Positions 1 through 9,235 are shown, counted from the stretch's first letter. The stretch is 32,000 nucleotides of DNA from Escherichia coli (GCF_022493515.1 NZ_CP028755.1); one strand, 5' to 3'. The notes: generated by a model not told the origin, from the sequence alone. Translations and numbers: made by a program.

Positions 1-356
1 GAAAATCGATCGTCCACATGCAGAGAATTCGCCATGTCTGGTGAGAACGGAGAAGTCAATGAGGCTTGCAATCGTGCAAGAGCTAAATACGGGCTAACAC
101 CGTTATAAATATACAATAATTAATTGCATTGCCCCGCCAGTTGTAATAGCGGGGCTTCGTTTTTCAGGGACAACAAAACCTGAAACTTCTTCCATTTTCC
201 AGCAACAATGCCTCTTTTTCTGTAGCGTTCTCCGGATCTACATCATCCTGAAGTAGCGCGATATGATCACTGACTGTCCGCATCAGAATATGAAAAGCAA
301 CGTTTTTAACCTATAAAAATGGCGCTATATTTGCGCCATTTTTATCATTCAAAGCA

Positions 357-971
357 TTATCTATTTGAGCCTAAAGGGATCTCAGGATCTGGCTCATGGG
401 TAATTCTGTTTCGTAAATCTCTGCGAATAATTTCAATAGACCAGAACCAGACTAAATGTCCAAAAATTTCAGAGACATTCTCATACCACGGAAGATCAAA
501 GAGAGGTGGCGTAAGTCCCATGAGAGGGAATGAAATCATATGAACAAAAAGTTGCGCTAAAGCACCTGCCAGTAAGCCCTGCCAAAGTTTAATTTTCGGA
601 AATACTTCGGCGACCACACAGTAACCAACGGCAAAAACTATCGAAAAGATTATGTGCGTTACACCAACCCAGTTAAAGACATGCCCGGCGAAGGTATAAA
701 CAGCCGAATTTGGATCTGTCAGTCCCAACCAATCCCGAAGAAAAATGTACGGAGGATTGAGAAAGTTACGGGAGCAATCAATTTGGCCTGCAGCCCTGAT
801 TAATGATTCCGGACCACACGCTGCATTAAACATATCAACCGGACTACGTGGTGGCAATGGAACTTCTGCCCCCCACTTAACAAATGCGGAAACAACGCCA
901 GCAATCAGCCCAATGAATGCAGCAAGACCATAACGTCTGCGGTTTGGTGGAGTTTGTTCAAATATATTCAT
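357..971 (-). CDS. yagU: Inner membrane protein YagU (DUF1440), host backbone
   Basis: 204-aa [28 protein letters not shown]... recognised as E. coli YagU; marks the chromosomal flank of the island. Confidence 0.95.
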   Translation of the reverse strand: MNIFEQTPPNRRRYGLAAFIGLIAGVVSAFVKWGAEVPLPPRSPVDMFNAACGPESLIRAAGQIDCSRNFLNPPYIFLRDWLGLTDPNSAVYTFAGHVFNWVGVTHIIFSIVFAVGYCVVAEVFPKIKLWQGLLAGALAQLFVHMISFPLMGLTPPLFDLPWYENVSEIFGHLVWFWSIEIIRRDLRNRITHEPDPEIPLGSNR

Positions 972-1144
972 ATCTACCCTGCTTGTACCATTATGTTATA
1001 CACCTCTTTAGGAGTATTCATAAAACAAGGCAAATGTAAAGAACTGTATTGTTTTGTATAACCACATGGTTACCTAATCGCCAATTAATATAAGCTCCAT
1101 TATTTCTCCATATTTTCATGTTAGAAGTGACAAGGAGAAATGTA

Positions 1145-1189
1145 ATGTTTCTCTCAGAGAATATAAATCATTCCTTTTGCCCACCTTAA
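1145..1189 (+). other. Possible 14-codon small ORF (MFLSENINHSFCPP) ending inside a terminator stem
   Basis: AAGGAG at 1133-1138, 6-nt spacer, ATG at 1145, TAA at 1187-1189 in the loop of the following hairpin. Confidence 0.25.
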
Positions 1190-1203
1190 TGGTGGGCTTT
1201 TTT
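1179..1203 (+). terminator. Rho-independent terminator
   Basis: GCCCACC-TTAAT-GGTGGGC followed by TTTTTT. Confidence 0.85.
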
Positions 1204-1589
1204 ATGCAAAACCTGAACGTCCTGTGGTATTCCTCTGGCATAATGATTTTCGCGATTAACCAACAACCAGACCAGCAAAGACGCCACCACAAGCACAGTA
1301 ACATCCATCAGGCTTGCCACACCCCATGCGTGCGGCTCAAAGCCGCCATGGCATATTAATCCGCTTGCCATTTTCGAACAGCTGATTGGTTTAGTCCGGT
1401 GTTTCCCTGCTTGCACTAAAAAATGAGCGGATGGGAAACTCTCGAAATGGTTCGTCGATATGCTCACCTCGCACCTAATCACCTTACCGAACACGCACGG
1501 TAAATAGATTCGATCCTGAACCCATCGGTCCCAAATCTGTCCCAATAAAAAATAAGGAAGGTATTAGTGATGTGTAACTTATTGATTTA

Positions 1590-1607
1590 AATGGTGCGAT
1601 AATAGGA
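1590..1607. repeat. Putative distal att site (partial duplication of thrW 3' end)
   Basis: aatggtgcgataatagga versus aatggtgccgataatagga at 19922-19940 (one C missing). Confidence 0.75.
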
Positions 1608-1668
1608 ACAAAACAAACAACAAAAACACATTGATATATAAAGATATTTTTTCATCACATCTTAGCAG

Positions 1669-1689
1669 ATACCCCCAAAAGTACCCCCA
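1669..1689. repeat. Possible integrase arm-type site, distal copy
   Basis: atacccccaaaagtaccccca; 20/21 identical to 19790-19810 next to int. Confidence 0.5.
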
Positions 1690-1704
1690 AACAATTTTCT
1701 CTCA

Positions 1705-1743
1705 CTACCATTTGCACATAAAGCAGCCATGTGCAAATGGTAG
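1705..1743. repeat. Perfect 15-bp inverted repeat with 9-nt loop
   Basis: CTACCATTTGCACAT-AAAGCAGCC-ATGTGCAAATGGTAG. Confidence 0.9.
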
Positions 1744-1950
1744 CTGAACAGACGGTAGACCGTTCATTCAGTAAATACCTGATATTTCCGCCAACGAAAA
1801 ATTGCGTTGGCTGGCAGAGTGCAAATTTGCACGATGACCTAACCCATTGATTCTTTCGGAAACCTCAATTTGAGGAAGCCGGATAACACCATTTTTATAG
1901 CTCCGATCCCTTCAAAGTGAGGGGTAATTTGCCAAAACAGAGAGAGAGCA

Positions 1951-2238
1951 TTACTGTCTCTGGCAATCTTTATCGCGATAACGCCTGAAGTACCCTCTCG
2001 CTTCCTCATCCATACCAAGAGCCGAATGAGTTCGCTTAACTGCCTGTCTTAAATCTCCGAATCTGTCTGTAGTTGCTGGTGGGCGTGCCGCCTTACGGAT
2101 ACATTCAGAGCGTCTGTTTGCTGCATGTTCACGTTCTTTATCGCCATCTGCCATCATCATGACTTCTGCCCATCGTGCGGCAGCTCTCCGGTATAGCCCT
2201 TTTGACTCCAGCTCTTCAGCCTTCCTGTCCCTTATCAT
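1951..2238 (-). CDS. PerC-family transcriptional regulator
   Basis: RKAEELESKGLYRRAAARWAEVMMMADGDKEREHAANRRSECIRKA is PerC-family-like. Confidence 0.8.
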   Translation of the reverse strand: MIRDRKAEELESKGLYRRAAARWAEVMMMADGDKEREHAANRRSECIRKAARPPATTDRFGDLRQAVKRTHSALGMDEEARGYFRRYRDKDCQRQ

Positions 2239-2274
2239 TTCTGCCTCTCAGATTATATAGATAAGCAAAAAGGT

Positions 2275-2386
2275 GTTGGTTCAGTTGGTTCAATTTGTAA
2301 AGATTATTGTTTTTATTGTGTTTTTTCTAAAATATTGAACCAACATCAACTCATTTTGAACCAACACAGCCCAGCTCTGAACCAAC
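2275..2386. repeat. Iteron cluster A (crr/ori-like)
   Basis: GTTGGTTCA at 2275-2283 and 2284-2292; TGAACCAAC at 2336-2344, 2357-2365, 2378-2386 (21-bp spacing); 43-bp AT-rich spacer 2293-2335; TTGGTTC core at 2408-2414. Confidence 0.9.
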
Positions 2387-2439
2387 AACACAGCGATAGA
2401 TTTGTGATTGGTTCGTTATTTTCTGGCTGATATTTGAGC

Positions 2440-2471
2440 GTATAACAGTGTTATACAGTGGTATACTGTAT
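2440..2471. promoter_or_regulatory. Overlapping palindromic operator-like elements upstream of RHH-like gene
   Basis: GTATAACA-G-TGTTATAC (2440-2456) overlapping ATACAGT-GGTAT-ACTGTAT (2453-2471). Confidence 0.55.
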
Positions 2472-2488
2472 GGATATTACTCACTGAT

Positions 2489-2944
2489 ATGGTCTTTGCA
2501 ATGAGCAAATCTAATCTGGTCGCGTTCCGCATCCCATCTGAATTGCAGGATGAGTTTAATCGGTCTGTTCTCGCTTCTGGAGGGGATAAAACCTCCTGGC
2601 TTGTTGATGCGATTCGCATGAAGCTGGGACAGCCGGAAAAGTCTATTGATTCACGAATGCTTGGGCTGGTGGAGCGCATGGAAAAAGCCGCTGCGTCGCT
2701 TATTGCCGGAAAGCCGAACATCCCACCAAAGCCATATAACGAAACGGCAGTTATAAAGATCATTGCCGATACCATCCAACAGGGATTTGATAATGGGCGT
2801 GTGATAGCTGAACGGATCAATGAAGCAGGCTATCAAACAAAAGCTGGTAAAGCGTGGGATAAAGATATTTACAGCGCGTGGAAGCGTCAGGGAAGCAATG
2901 CTGAAAAGTTATCAGTGGCGCTACATTCAGCGCCATCGCTATAA
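2489..2944 (+). CDS. Ribbon-helix-helix-like DNA-binding protein (alternative start at 2501)
   Basis: MSKSNLVAFRIPSELQDEFNRSVLASGGDKTSWLVDAIRMKLG resembles an RHH N-terminus; charged helical C-terminus; palindromes just upstream. Confidence 0.55.
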   Translation: MVFAMSKSNLVAFRIPSELQDEFNRSVLASGGDKTSWLVDAIRMKLGQPEKSIDSRMLGLVERMEKAAASLIAGKPNIPPKPYNETAVIKIIADTIQQGFDNGRVIAERINEAGYQTKAGKAWDKDIYSAWKRQGSNAEKLSVALHSAPSL

Positions 2945-2945
2945 T

Positions 2946-3908
2946 TTATTCAATATCAAATAAATGCCTTGGGAAACCGTTATTATCAGGTAATCCCATG
3001 GCTGTCAGGTTACATCCTGGTAAGTTAGGCTTGTTATCTACAAGGTTGGCAACTTTTTTTATCCAGTCAGATCCCGGTCCAATTTTTTTCACTAAAAACC
3101 ATAACACAGCGATCATTCCGTACATTCTTTCGTACGCATCATCATTCATATTTAATTGTTCAAAGTACGGCTCATTTGGCAAAGGCATTAATCTTGGTTC
3201 GTTGACCTTGTTCCAGATGCGTGAATGGTGAGCGCACCGATTCCTTAGCACATTCATTGCGCTAAGCCAGTTTTGGAAGATAGCTCCATTGCCTGCCGCT
3301 ATCCCTAGCCTAGATAGTATCCTGTTGCGATAGCTGTCTTTTAGCATCGCATAATACTTTGACATTAAGCCGAAGTCCCACACTTCAATAACCACCTAGA
3401 AAGGAAGACCTTCGTACTTGTTTTCATGCCATTTGATAAAGTCTTCGCGACTTTTAGCAATCTCGGCATTATGTTTATTTATCCATTCCTCTCTGGCGCT
3501 TGGGCGACCATGGGAACGTGGTCTAAAGTGTTTTGGATTTATTAGCGAGTCATCAAGATATGCTAAAGGAGATATCTTACCAAGCTCATGAGCAATAACT
3601 GACCGAACATAAACCTCAATGCGTTCTAACGCATTCATCATCTGCAAACGCAGATTTTTATCGAATAAATAGAGGTCATATACTGCGCGAAAATTAGTAC
3701 CTGGACGAACCTGATCGAGTCTGGTTCTAATATTGTCTGTTGTTATATGGGGGATTCGGCAGGGGTACCAAAAGCCTGATAATCGGTAGTAGCCTACTTG
3801 TGAGATTTTCTTGATAGCATGTTCGCGATCTGGCACATCCATACCCCGAGACAGCAATAAATCGACAAGTTCATCATATTCTTTATGAACCTTAACCGGA
3901 ACAGCCAT
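2946..3908 (-). pseudogene. Abi_2-family (AbiD/AbiF-like) abortive-infection gene interrupted by an in-frame TAG
   Basis: ORFs 3396-3908 and 2946-3395 share a frame and are separated only by TAG at 3396-3398: ...KYEGLPF*VVIEVWDFGLMSKYYAMLKD...; HAIKKISQVGYYRLSGFWYP and LRNRCAHHSRIWN are Abi_2-like. Confidence 0.8.
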
Positions 3909-4080
3909 ACAAAAGGTTTCCTACCTCCAGATACAAGAAGGCCCGGCCATAACAATTTCTCATCTAAGACAAGATAAAGCCAGGGGGCCGGGCTCAGTTG
4001 AGTGTAACTCTATCCGAAGTTATCCACATGTCAATGCACAGTTACTTAGGAAACTAACATAGGTACTATCATCACTCACG

Positions 4081-4103
4081 AAAAACCACTATATGTGGTT
4101 TTT
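4081..4103. terminator. Bidirectional terminator-like hairpin
   Basis: AAAAACCAC-TATAT-GTGGTTTTT. Confidence 0.6.
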
Positions 4104-4290
4104 ATTCATATCGTTATCCACTACAGGCTGTGTCAATAACTTTTACCTATTAATTGGGTAATTTCTACATTTTCCTATGCTGGCTAGTTTCTCTACTGAA
4201 AAGTTGGCACTCCTTAATCGCTTTTCGGTTAATACTATCGGTCTTCATATTGCCAGCAGCATACGCCATCCGATAATTTCGATGCTACGC

Positions 4291-4664
4291 GCGCGTACTT
4301 GTCTCAAAATATCAGACAAAAGCCAGATTCAGAACGTCGTGATAACCACCAGCACAACATGAGATGTCATGTAACGCGATTTATCACACCAGATACATGT
4401 GATGGTGTACCCGCATCAAACATCGTCATAGCGCGTCCTGTGCGCATATACGCCGATAATCAACATATCACCACCACTCTGGCTTATGTAGAGAACAGTT
4501 TTATGGTACTCCCCTCCATCGTGCGCGTACTGGTCGGACGCAGTTGCAAAACTTTTTGCAACTGATGCCCCTCGCGCGCGTACTGGTCACGAAATTGGTG
4601 TTTTGCTGTGGCAGTGATATCAGAAAAATCTTCCTGTTTCACATAAAGCGGATATGCGCGTACT
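4291..4664. repeat. Dispersed short repeats GCGCGTACT
   Basis: Exact at 4291-4299, 4523-4531, 4576-4584, 4656-4664; one-mismatch copy GCGCGTCCT at 4431-4439; copies at 4523 and 4576 extend to GCGCGTACTGGTC. Confidence 0.8.
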
Positions 4665-4781
4665 GTAACGGCCCCATCAACTGGGAGCGGATTTGAAATC
4701 CCGACCCAAGCTATGTACCAAATGCCATGTCTTGGATATATGATGATTGCCATTCTAAACAACGCTAAAGGGAGGGTTGGT

Positions 4782-5138
4782 GTGAGGGGGCAGGCAGTTA
4801 TAATTATTTTGTTGGGTTTAATTGTCGCAAAGTTATACCCGACTCTATCGATGGTGTTTTTTGCCATTATTGGCGCAGCCATCTTTACTTATATCATTAA
4901 ACATACCGCCTTGTGGTTCTATAAAATTGATATAGTTCAGAAATTTGTACGTCCTATGTCGATGTTATTACTAGCATTAATACCAATTGGTGTTGCTTAT
5001 GTAATTGATGTTTTTTACCCTTCGGACACTGAAAGGTGGTTGATAGTTTTGTATTGTTATATTGGTGTAGCTCTCTTTTGTGGATTTCATTGGTGTTTCG
5101 AAAAGATCAATGACTCTATTTCAAAGAATAAAGATTGA
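4782..5138 (+). CDS. Small hydrophobic membrane protein; candidate superinfection-exclusion protein by position
   Basis: In-frame GTG at 4782 preceded by GGAGG (4771-4775) within the 4713-5138 ORF; VRGQAVIIILLGLIVAKLYPTLSMVFFAIIGAAIFTYII...; convergent with gp16-like gene as sieA is in P22. Confidence 0.55.
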   Translation: MRGQAVIIILLGLIVAKLYPTLSMVFFAIIGAAIFTYIIKHTALWFYKIDIVQKFVRPMSMLLLALIPIGVAYVIDVFYPSDTERWLIVLYCYIGVALFCGFHWCFEKINDSISKNKD

Positions 5139-5157
5139 GGCCATCCGTGGCCATTCA

Positions 5158-7275
5158 CTAGTCATTATCTGGATCATTAGATAGCCAAGTAATGATGCCC
5201 AGTCGGGCGATGGTCCGTTTTTCCTGTTCAGGAAGAGAGTTAAAAAAACTCTTCCATTGAGGGGAGCGCCTGATACGTGAATCAACAATGTGCCCAGGCG
5301 CTTTTCCGTGTAGATTTTTTACTGCGCTCTGGAAGGCTGGCGAGGCAATTAATTTATCCGCAGCATCAGCCGCCCCTGCTCCACCAGCTAATCGAGCTTT
5401 ACTCGCCAATCTTGCTCCAATATCAGCCCCAGCAATGGCTCCAAGCGATCCAAAATGAGCGCCTACCATCGTGCCTATTTTTTGAATGTGTTTTGCTGCT
5501 AGTTCGTATGGAGCTGTTACCCGATTAAATCTGTTTACAAACTCATTCAGCTTACCAGTAGATATTTCATGCGCTTTAGCATTTTTTATTGCTCTGGCAA
5601 CTTTGTATACATCATATAGTCCGCTCATTGTTTCTTTTGGCAAATGTTCAGCCAAAGTCTTTAGCTGTCCACTGTGTTGCAAGTTTTGCCACCAATCTGC
5701 AAAGCCAGATGGATTAAAGTCGGCCCCACGCTTCCCAGAGGAAAGCATATCTCTTAATGCTGTTCCTACTAGCTCCCTTCGCAATGTTCTTGATGGAGTA
5801 TTTTGCATAATCTCACGAAACCCTCTCGCATCACCTTTTGCCATAGATTGAAGAGAATTCGTTACTTTATACGCTATATCCCCATTAAGTGTTTTCCCGC
5901 GAAGATTTACCATTTGCCTTTCTAAGTTTTTTCTCATAGCTACAAGGCGTTGTGCGACTTCGAAATCTCGCAAGTATCCAGTATTGGATAAGACAGATTT
6001 TTGATCTTCAGCTAAAGCTCCATATAGTCTTGATAGCGCTTCTTTATCAGCATCTTTGTATGGCCCCTGCTTTTTATTTAGGGCATCACCAACTAAACGC
6101 CTTTGCCTGTTTAAATTTGCATACGTTAGGATGCTATCTGGGCCGGGGTTTATTGCTGTAAAAACTCGCTTTTCTATTGGGTCAAGATTATCCCACCCAC
6201 CTAAATCATCAGCGATTTTTTCCAGCATAGTGCTTGTGTTATTTGCTTCGACTTTTGTTCTTGGTGATAGAGCGGAATCAACACGTTTATATAACTGATC
6301 ACTACGGTTTTTTAGTGCTTCCATTCTACTATTTATCTGATAAATATATTTTTCGCTCATAGCTAACGCATCTGGCGCACCAGCAACATCATCGATTGTC
6401 TTGCCAGCACTAGAGGCTAATTCGCTTATTGCTTTATCTTCTTGAGCTTTTAACGCTGATCCTGTCCGTGACTTTAGGGCTTGCTCTACAGCTTGGTATT
6501 GCTCATTTCCTGATAAATGAGAAGGAAGAACTGAATCAACATGAAGCCTATTTGCAGCCTCAACAATTTCTTTCTGAGGTTTTAGATCTAGCCCTTCAAG
6601 CGAAGAGGCAAGATTTGGGTTGCCTTGTGCAGATAACTTACGAATTTTCTCTTCGGCAGGAGTAATCCCCTCAATATCTGGAATCGAAGAAACATTCTTC
6701 TTGGTTAATTTCCCAGCTATTTTATTAATTGCAGGGCCAGCAAGTTCGGCTACAGGGCCAGCCACAGCGCCAATAGCAGCGCCGGAAGCAACATCGCTAT
6801 TTGTTCCATTGGCTACAATAGCCCCTTCTCCAGCACCAAGCCCTGCGGCGGCAGCCAGCCTTGCCGCCCCTTTCGGAACCTGAGAAATAATCCCACCACC
6901 ACTAACAAATGGTGCTGCTTGTCCAACAAACTCACCAACATCTTGTGCGGTTGATGGTTTTGCCGCTAACTTCTGCTGTAGAGACTGAATTGCGGCTTGC
7001 TCTTCTGGTGTCATGTCCTGAAACAGGCCAACACCTTTACCAACATCCATCAATCCACTGAGAACGCCATACATAAAACGGTCGAAACCGTTAGCATTAT
7101 TAACAACATTTTCCTGTCTGGAATTTTCCTCTGGTGAAGCCAAAGGTGATTGCTGCTGTTCTGGTTGGGCATCAAGCACAAAACCATCAGGAAGCTGTGA
7201 ACTATCAGGAAACTGTGAGTTATCAGGTTGTTCATCGAGCACAAAACCTTCCGGTAAGATTACATTTGCTGCCAT
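5158..7275 (-). CDS. P22 gp16-like DNA ejection/injection protein
   Basis: 705 aa, repeated LPxGFVLDEQP N-terminus, Gly/Ala-rich amphipathic segments; last gene of a 14-7-20-16 ordered cassette. Confidence 0.75.
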   Translation of the reverse strand: MAANVILPEGFVLDEQPDNSQFPDSSQLPDGFVLDAQPEQQQSPLASPEENSRQENVVNNANGFDRFMYGVLSGLMDVGKGVGLFQDMTPEEQAAIQSLQQKLAAKPSTAQDVGEFVGQAAPFVSGGGIISQVPKGAARLAAAAGLGAGEGAIVANGTNSDVASGAAIGAVAGPVAELAGPAINKIAGKLTKKNVSSIPDIEGITPAEEKIRKLSAQGNPNLASSLEGLDLKPQKEIVEAANRLHVDSVLPSHLSGNEQYQAVEQALKSRTGSALKAQEDKAISELASSAGKTIDDVAGAPDALAMSEKYIYQINSRMEALKNRSDQLYKRVDSALSPRTKVEANNTSTMLEKIADDLGGWDNLDPIEKRVFTAINPGPDSILTYANLNRQRRLVGDALNKKQGPYKDADKEALSRLYGALAEDQKSVLSNTGYLRDFEVAQRLVAMRKNLERQMVNLRGKTLNGDIAYKVTNSLQSMAKGDARGFREIMQNTPSRTLRRELVGTALRDMLSSGKRGADFNPSGFADWWQNLQHSGQLKTLAEHLPKETMSGLYDVYKVARAIKNAKAHEISTGKLNEFVNRFNRVTAPYELAAKHIQKIGTMVGAHFGSLGAIAGADIGARLASKARLAGGAGAADAADKLIASPAFQSAVKNLHGKAPGHIVDSRIRRSPQWKSFFNSLPEQEKRTIARLGIITWLSNDPDND

Positions 7276-8558
7276 TTTCCGTTCCTGTAAATAATTTTCT
7301 GACCAGTTTCATGGTTGGTTGCCGTTGCGCCTTCTGATATTCCTCCGGTTGCCGCTTTTGCCTGTCCAGTGCCAGCCTGTGATGTAGGCTGCCCGGAAAC
7401 ATCGTCAAATAGCTTCGCTTTCCTTCTTTCAAGGCTTTTTCTTAGCCCCTGAGGAATAGTTTCTCCATATGTATCGAGATATTCGTCAACCTGCTGGTTA
7501 AACTGCTGCCCCATAGCATTGGCGTTGATTTTTGCGGCGTTAACAATGTTATCCTTTGCCTCCTGCGACAGGCCGTTTCCAGCATTAAGCTGGTCTATGT
7601 ATCCTTTGATTTGTCCCCATATGCCATCAGACCGCATTACCTGAACCTGTTCGCCTTCACGAACGACTGACTGCGGGTCAAGAGATTTCATGTAGTTGAA
7701 GATAATCCCAAGTTGGGCAGCGCCAGTATTTACCTTGCTAAGGGCTTGCAGAGAGTTTGCCGCCGCTCTGACAGAGTTATAATTTTTGCCAAAATTGGTA
7801 ATGTCAGAATTTAATCCCTTAATTAAGTCTGCTGACGGCTTACCTTTTTGCCCCAGCTCCATTAGCTTCAATCCCATCTCATCTGAGTGAATTTGTGCTC
7901 GCTGAGCCCTGTCTAGTTGAGCGTTCTGGATATTTGCCCATCCTCTCGCGTTCTCCATGTCAGCCTGACGCATACTTTCATCCAGTCGCCCTTGCTCAAG
8001 TCGACGGCCTTCCATTCGATCTTTGATATCGAAGTACTTCTCATGACCGAGAGAAAACAGTGCCATACTACCAGCAAGCCGCTGGAATCCCTGTGGATCA
8101 TTAACATGCATTTCGGCAACAGACTCAGGAGAAATTCCCAAGCGACGCATTTCATCTTCGTTATCTGCTATGAATTTTCCAAATGCCCCAGTTCCGAGCG
8201 AAGATGCGATTTGAGCACTAGTCGCAAGATGACCAATAGAATTTCTCTGGTCGTCATCAATAAAGCCCATCCCTTTCTGAACGCTTTCAAATTCTTCTGG
8301 ATACTCAGAAATAAGACTGCGCATTTTGTTTCTGTCTCCAGACTCAAAAGCCCCGGCATATGCTTTCTGAAACTCTGCTTTACGCTGTTGTTGACGTGCC
8401 TGCTGATTAATCTCAGCAACGCCTCTTAGCCCCTGTAGCGCCATTAAACCTACGTTTGGCTGCTGCTGATACTGCACAGGCTGAGGAACGGAAGAACGAG
8501 GAGCATTATCATTTTGCGGTGCCATGCTAGGCAGCCCGCCAAGTTGCCATGTCGCCAT
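7260..8558 (-). CDS. P22 gp20-like DNA ejection/transfer protein
   Basis: 432 aa, Gln-rich N-terminus, position between gp7- and gp16-like genes. Confidence 0.8.
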   Translation of the reverse strand: MATWQLGGLPSMAPQNDNAPRSSVPQPVQYQQQPNVGLMALQGLRGVAEINQQARQQQRKAEFQKAYAGAFESGDRNKMRSLISEYPEEFESVQKGMGFIDDDQRNSIGHLATSAQIASSLGTGAFGKFIADNEDEMRRLGISPESVAEMHVNDPQGFQRLAGSMALFSLGHEKYFDIKDRMEGRRLEQGRLDESMRQADMENARGWANIQNAQLDRAQRAQIHSDEMGLKLMELGQKGKPSADLIKGLNSDITNFGKNYNSVRAAANSLQALSKVNTGAAQLGIIFNYMKSLDPQSVVREGEQVQVMRSDGIWGQIKGYIDQLNAGNGLSQEAKDNIVNAAKINANAMGQQFNQQVDEYLDTYGETIPQGLRKSLERRKAKLFDDVSGQPTSQAGTGQAKAATGGISEGATATNHETGQKIIYRNGKWQQM

Positions 8559-9235
8559 TAGAATCCAAGCCCCCCAACAAGACCAATAAGCCCACCACCA
8601 ATAGCGCCGGCCGCAGTACCTATTCCAGGAACAACGGAACCAAGTTGCGCACCCGCTAAAGCGCCTGATGCTGCCCCACCAATACCACGCGCAAGACTGG
8701 ATGGCTGCTGCGCCTGACCTGCACGAATAGCGCCAAGCCCCTGCAAGAGTTGTCCGGTATTATTGGCGTAGTTTTGCCCCGCCGTTGCCTGCCCTGATGC
8801 CGCATTCATCCCGACATTTAGCAGGTTTCCATAATTTTGCATTTGCCCACTAAGCCAATTGTTATAAAGCATGGGCGCAATGGAAGATAACTGGTTACTG
8901 GTAGCTGTTGAGCCAAGCCCCCCGGTAGCTTCTGCTGAGACAAGGTTCTGATAACGGGCCTGATCTGCCTGTGTTTTATATAAACCAGAACCAAAGAAAT
9001 CATTCGCGGCTTTATTCTGCCCTTCCAGAGTCATCAGTCCTTGTAGTTGTTGTAAAGCAGGCAATCCGACTTCTGCATACGGCTTGAGATTATTCATCAC
9101 CGTATTCCACTGCTCGCGCTGCAAATCAATTGCCTGCTGCTGGGCCTTCGCCTGAGCTTTAGAGGCACCACCATCACCGCCTTTTTCGTATACGGCACGA
9201 TTGAGATGTTTATGAGCTATATGGGTAATTAACAT
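8558..9235 (-). CDS. P22 gp7-like DNA ejection/transfer protein
   Basis: 225 aa with DQARYQNLVSAEATGGLGSTATSNQLSSIAP...NWLSGQMQNYGNLLNVG, characteristic of P22 gp7 family. Confidence 0.9.
   Translation of the reverse strand: MLITHIAHKHLNRAVYEKGGDGGASKAQAKAQQQAIDLQREQWNTVMNNLKPYAEVGLPALQQLQGLMTLEGQNKAANDFFGSGLYKTQADQARYQNLVSAEATGGLGSTATSNQLSSIAPMLYNNWLSGQMQNYGNLLNVGMNAASGQATAGQNYANNTGQLLQGLGAIRAGQAQQPSSLARGIGGAASGALAGAQLGSVVPGIGTAAGAIGGGLIGLVGGLGF

Noticed and set aside
1186-1545. 119-aa minus-strand ORF
   Set aside because: Poor N-terminal coding character. A shorter hydrophobic C-terminal frame (SLMDVTVLVVASLLVWLLVNREN) might be a real small membrane protein, but I cannot support a start or homology.
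2275-2386. CRISPR array or simple tandem repeat
   Set aside because: Units are 9 bp, occur in both orientations, and lack unique 30-40 bp spacers of uniform length; iterons fit better.
3941-3993. GCCCGGCC/GGCCGGGC inverted pair
   Set aside because: Short 8-bp arms with a 37-nt loop and self-complementary GC content; weak evidence of function.
4177-4882. ORFs 4177-4362, 4299-4565 and 4484-4882
   Set aside because: Mutually overlapping on opposite strands, low-complexity composition, and they overlap the short repeats or the better-supported membrane-protein gene.
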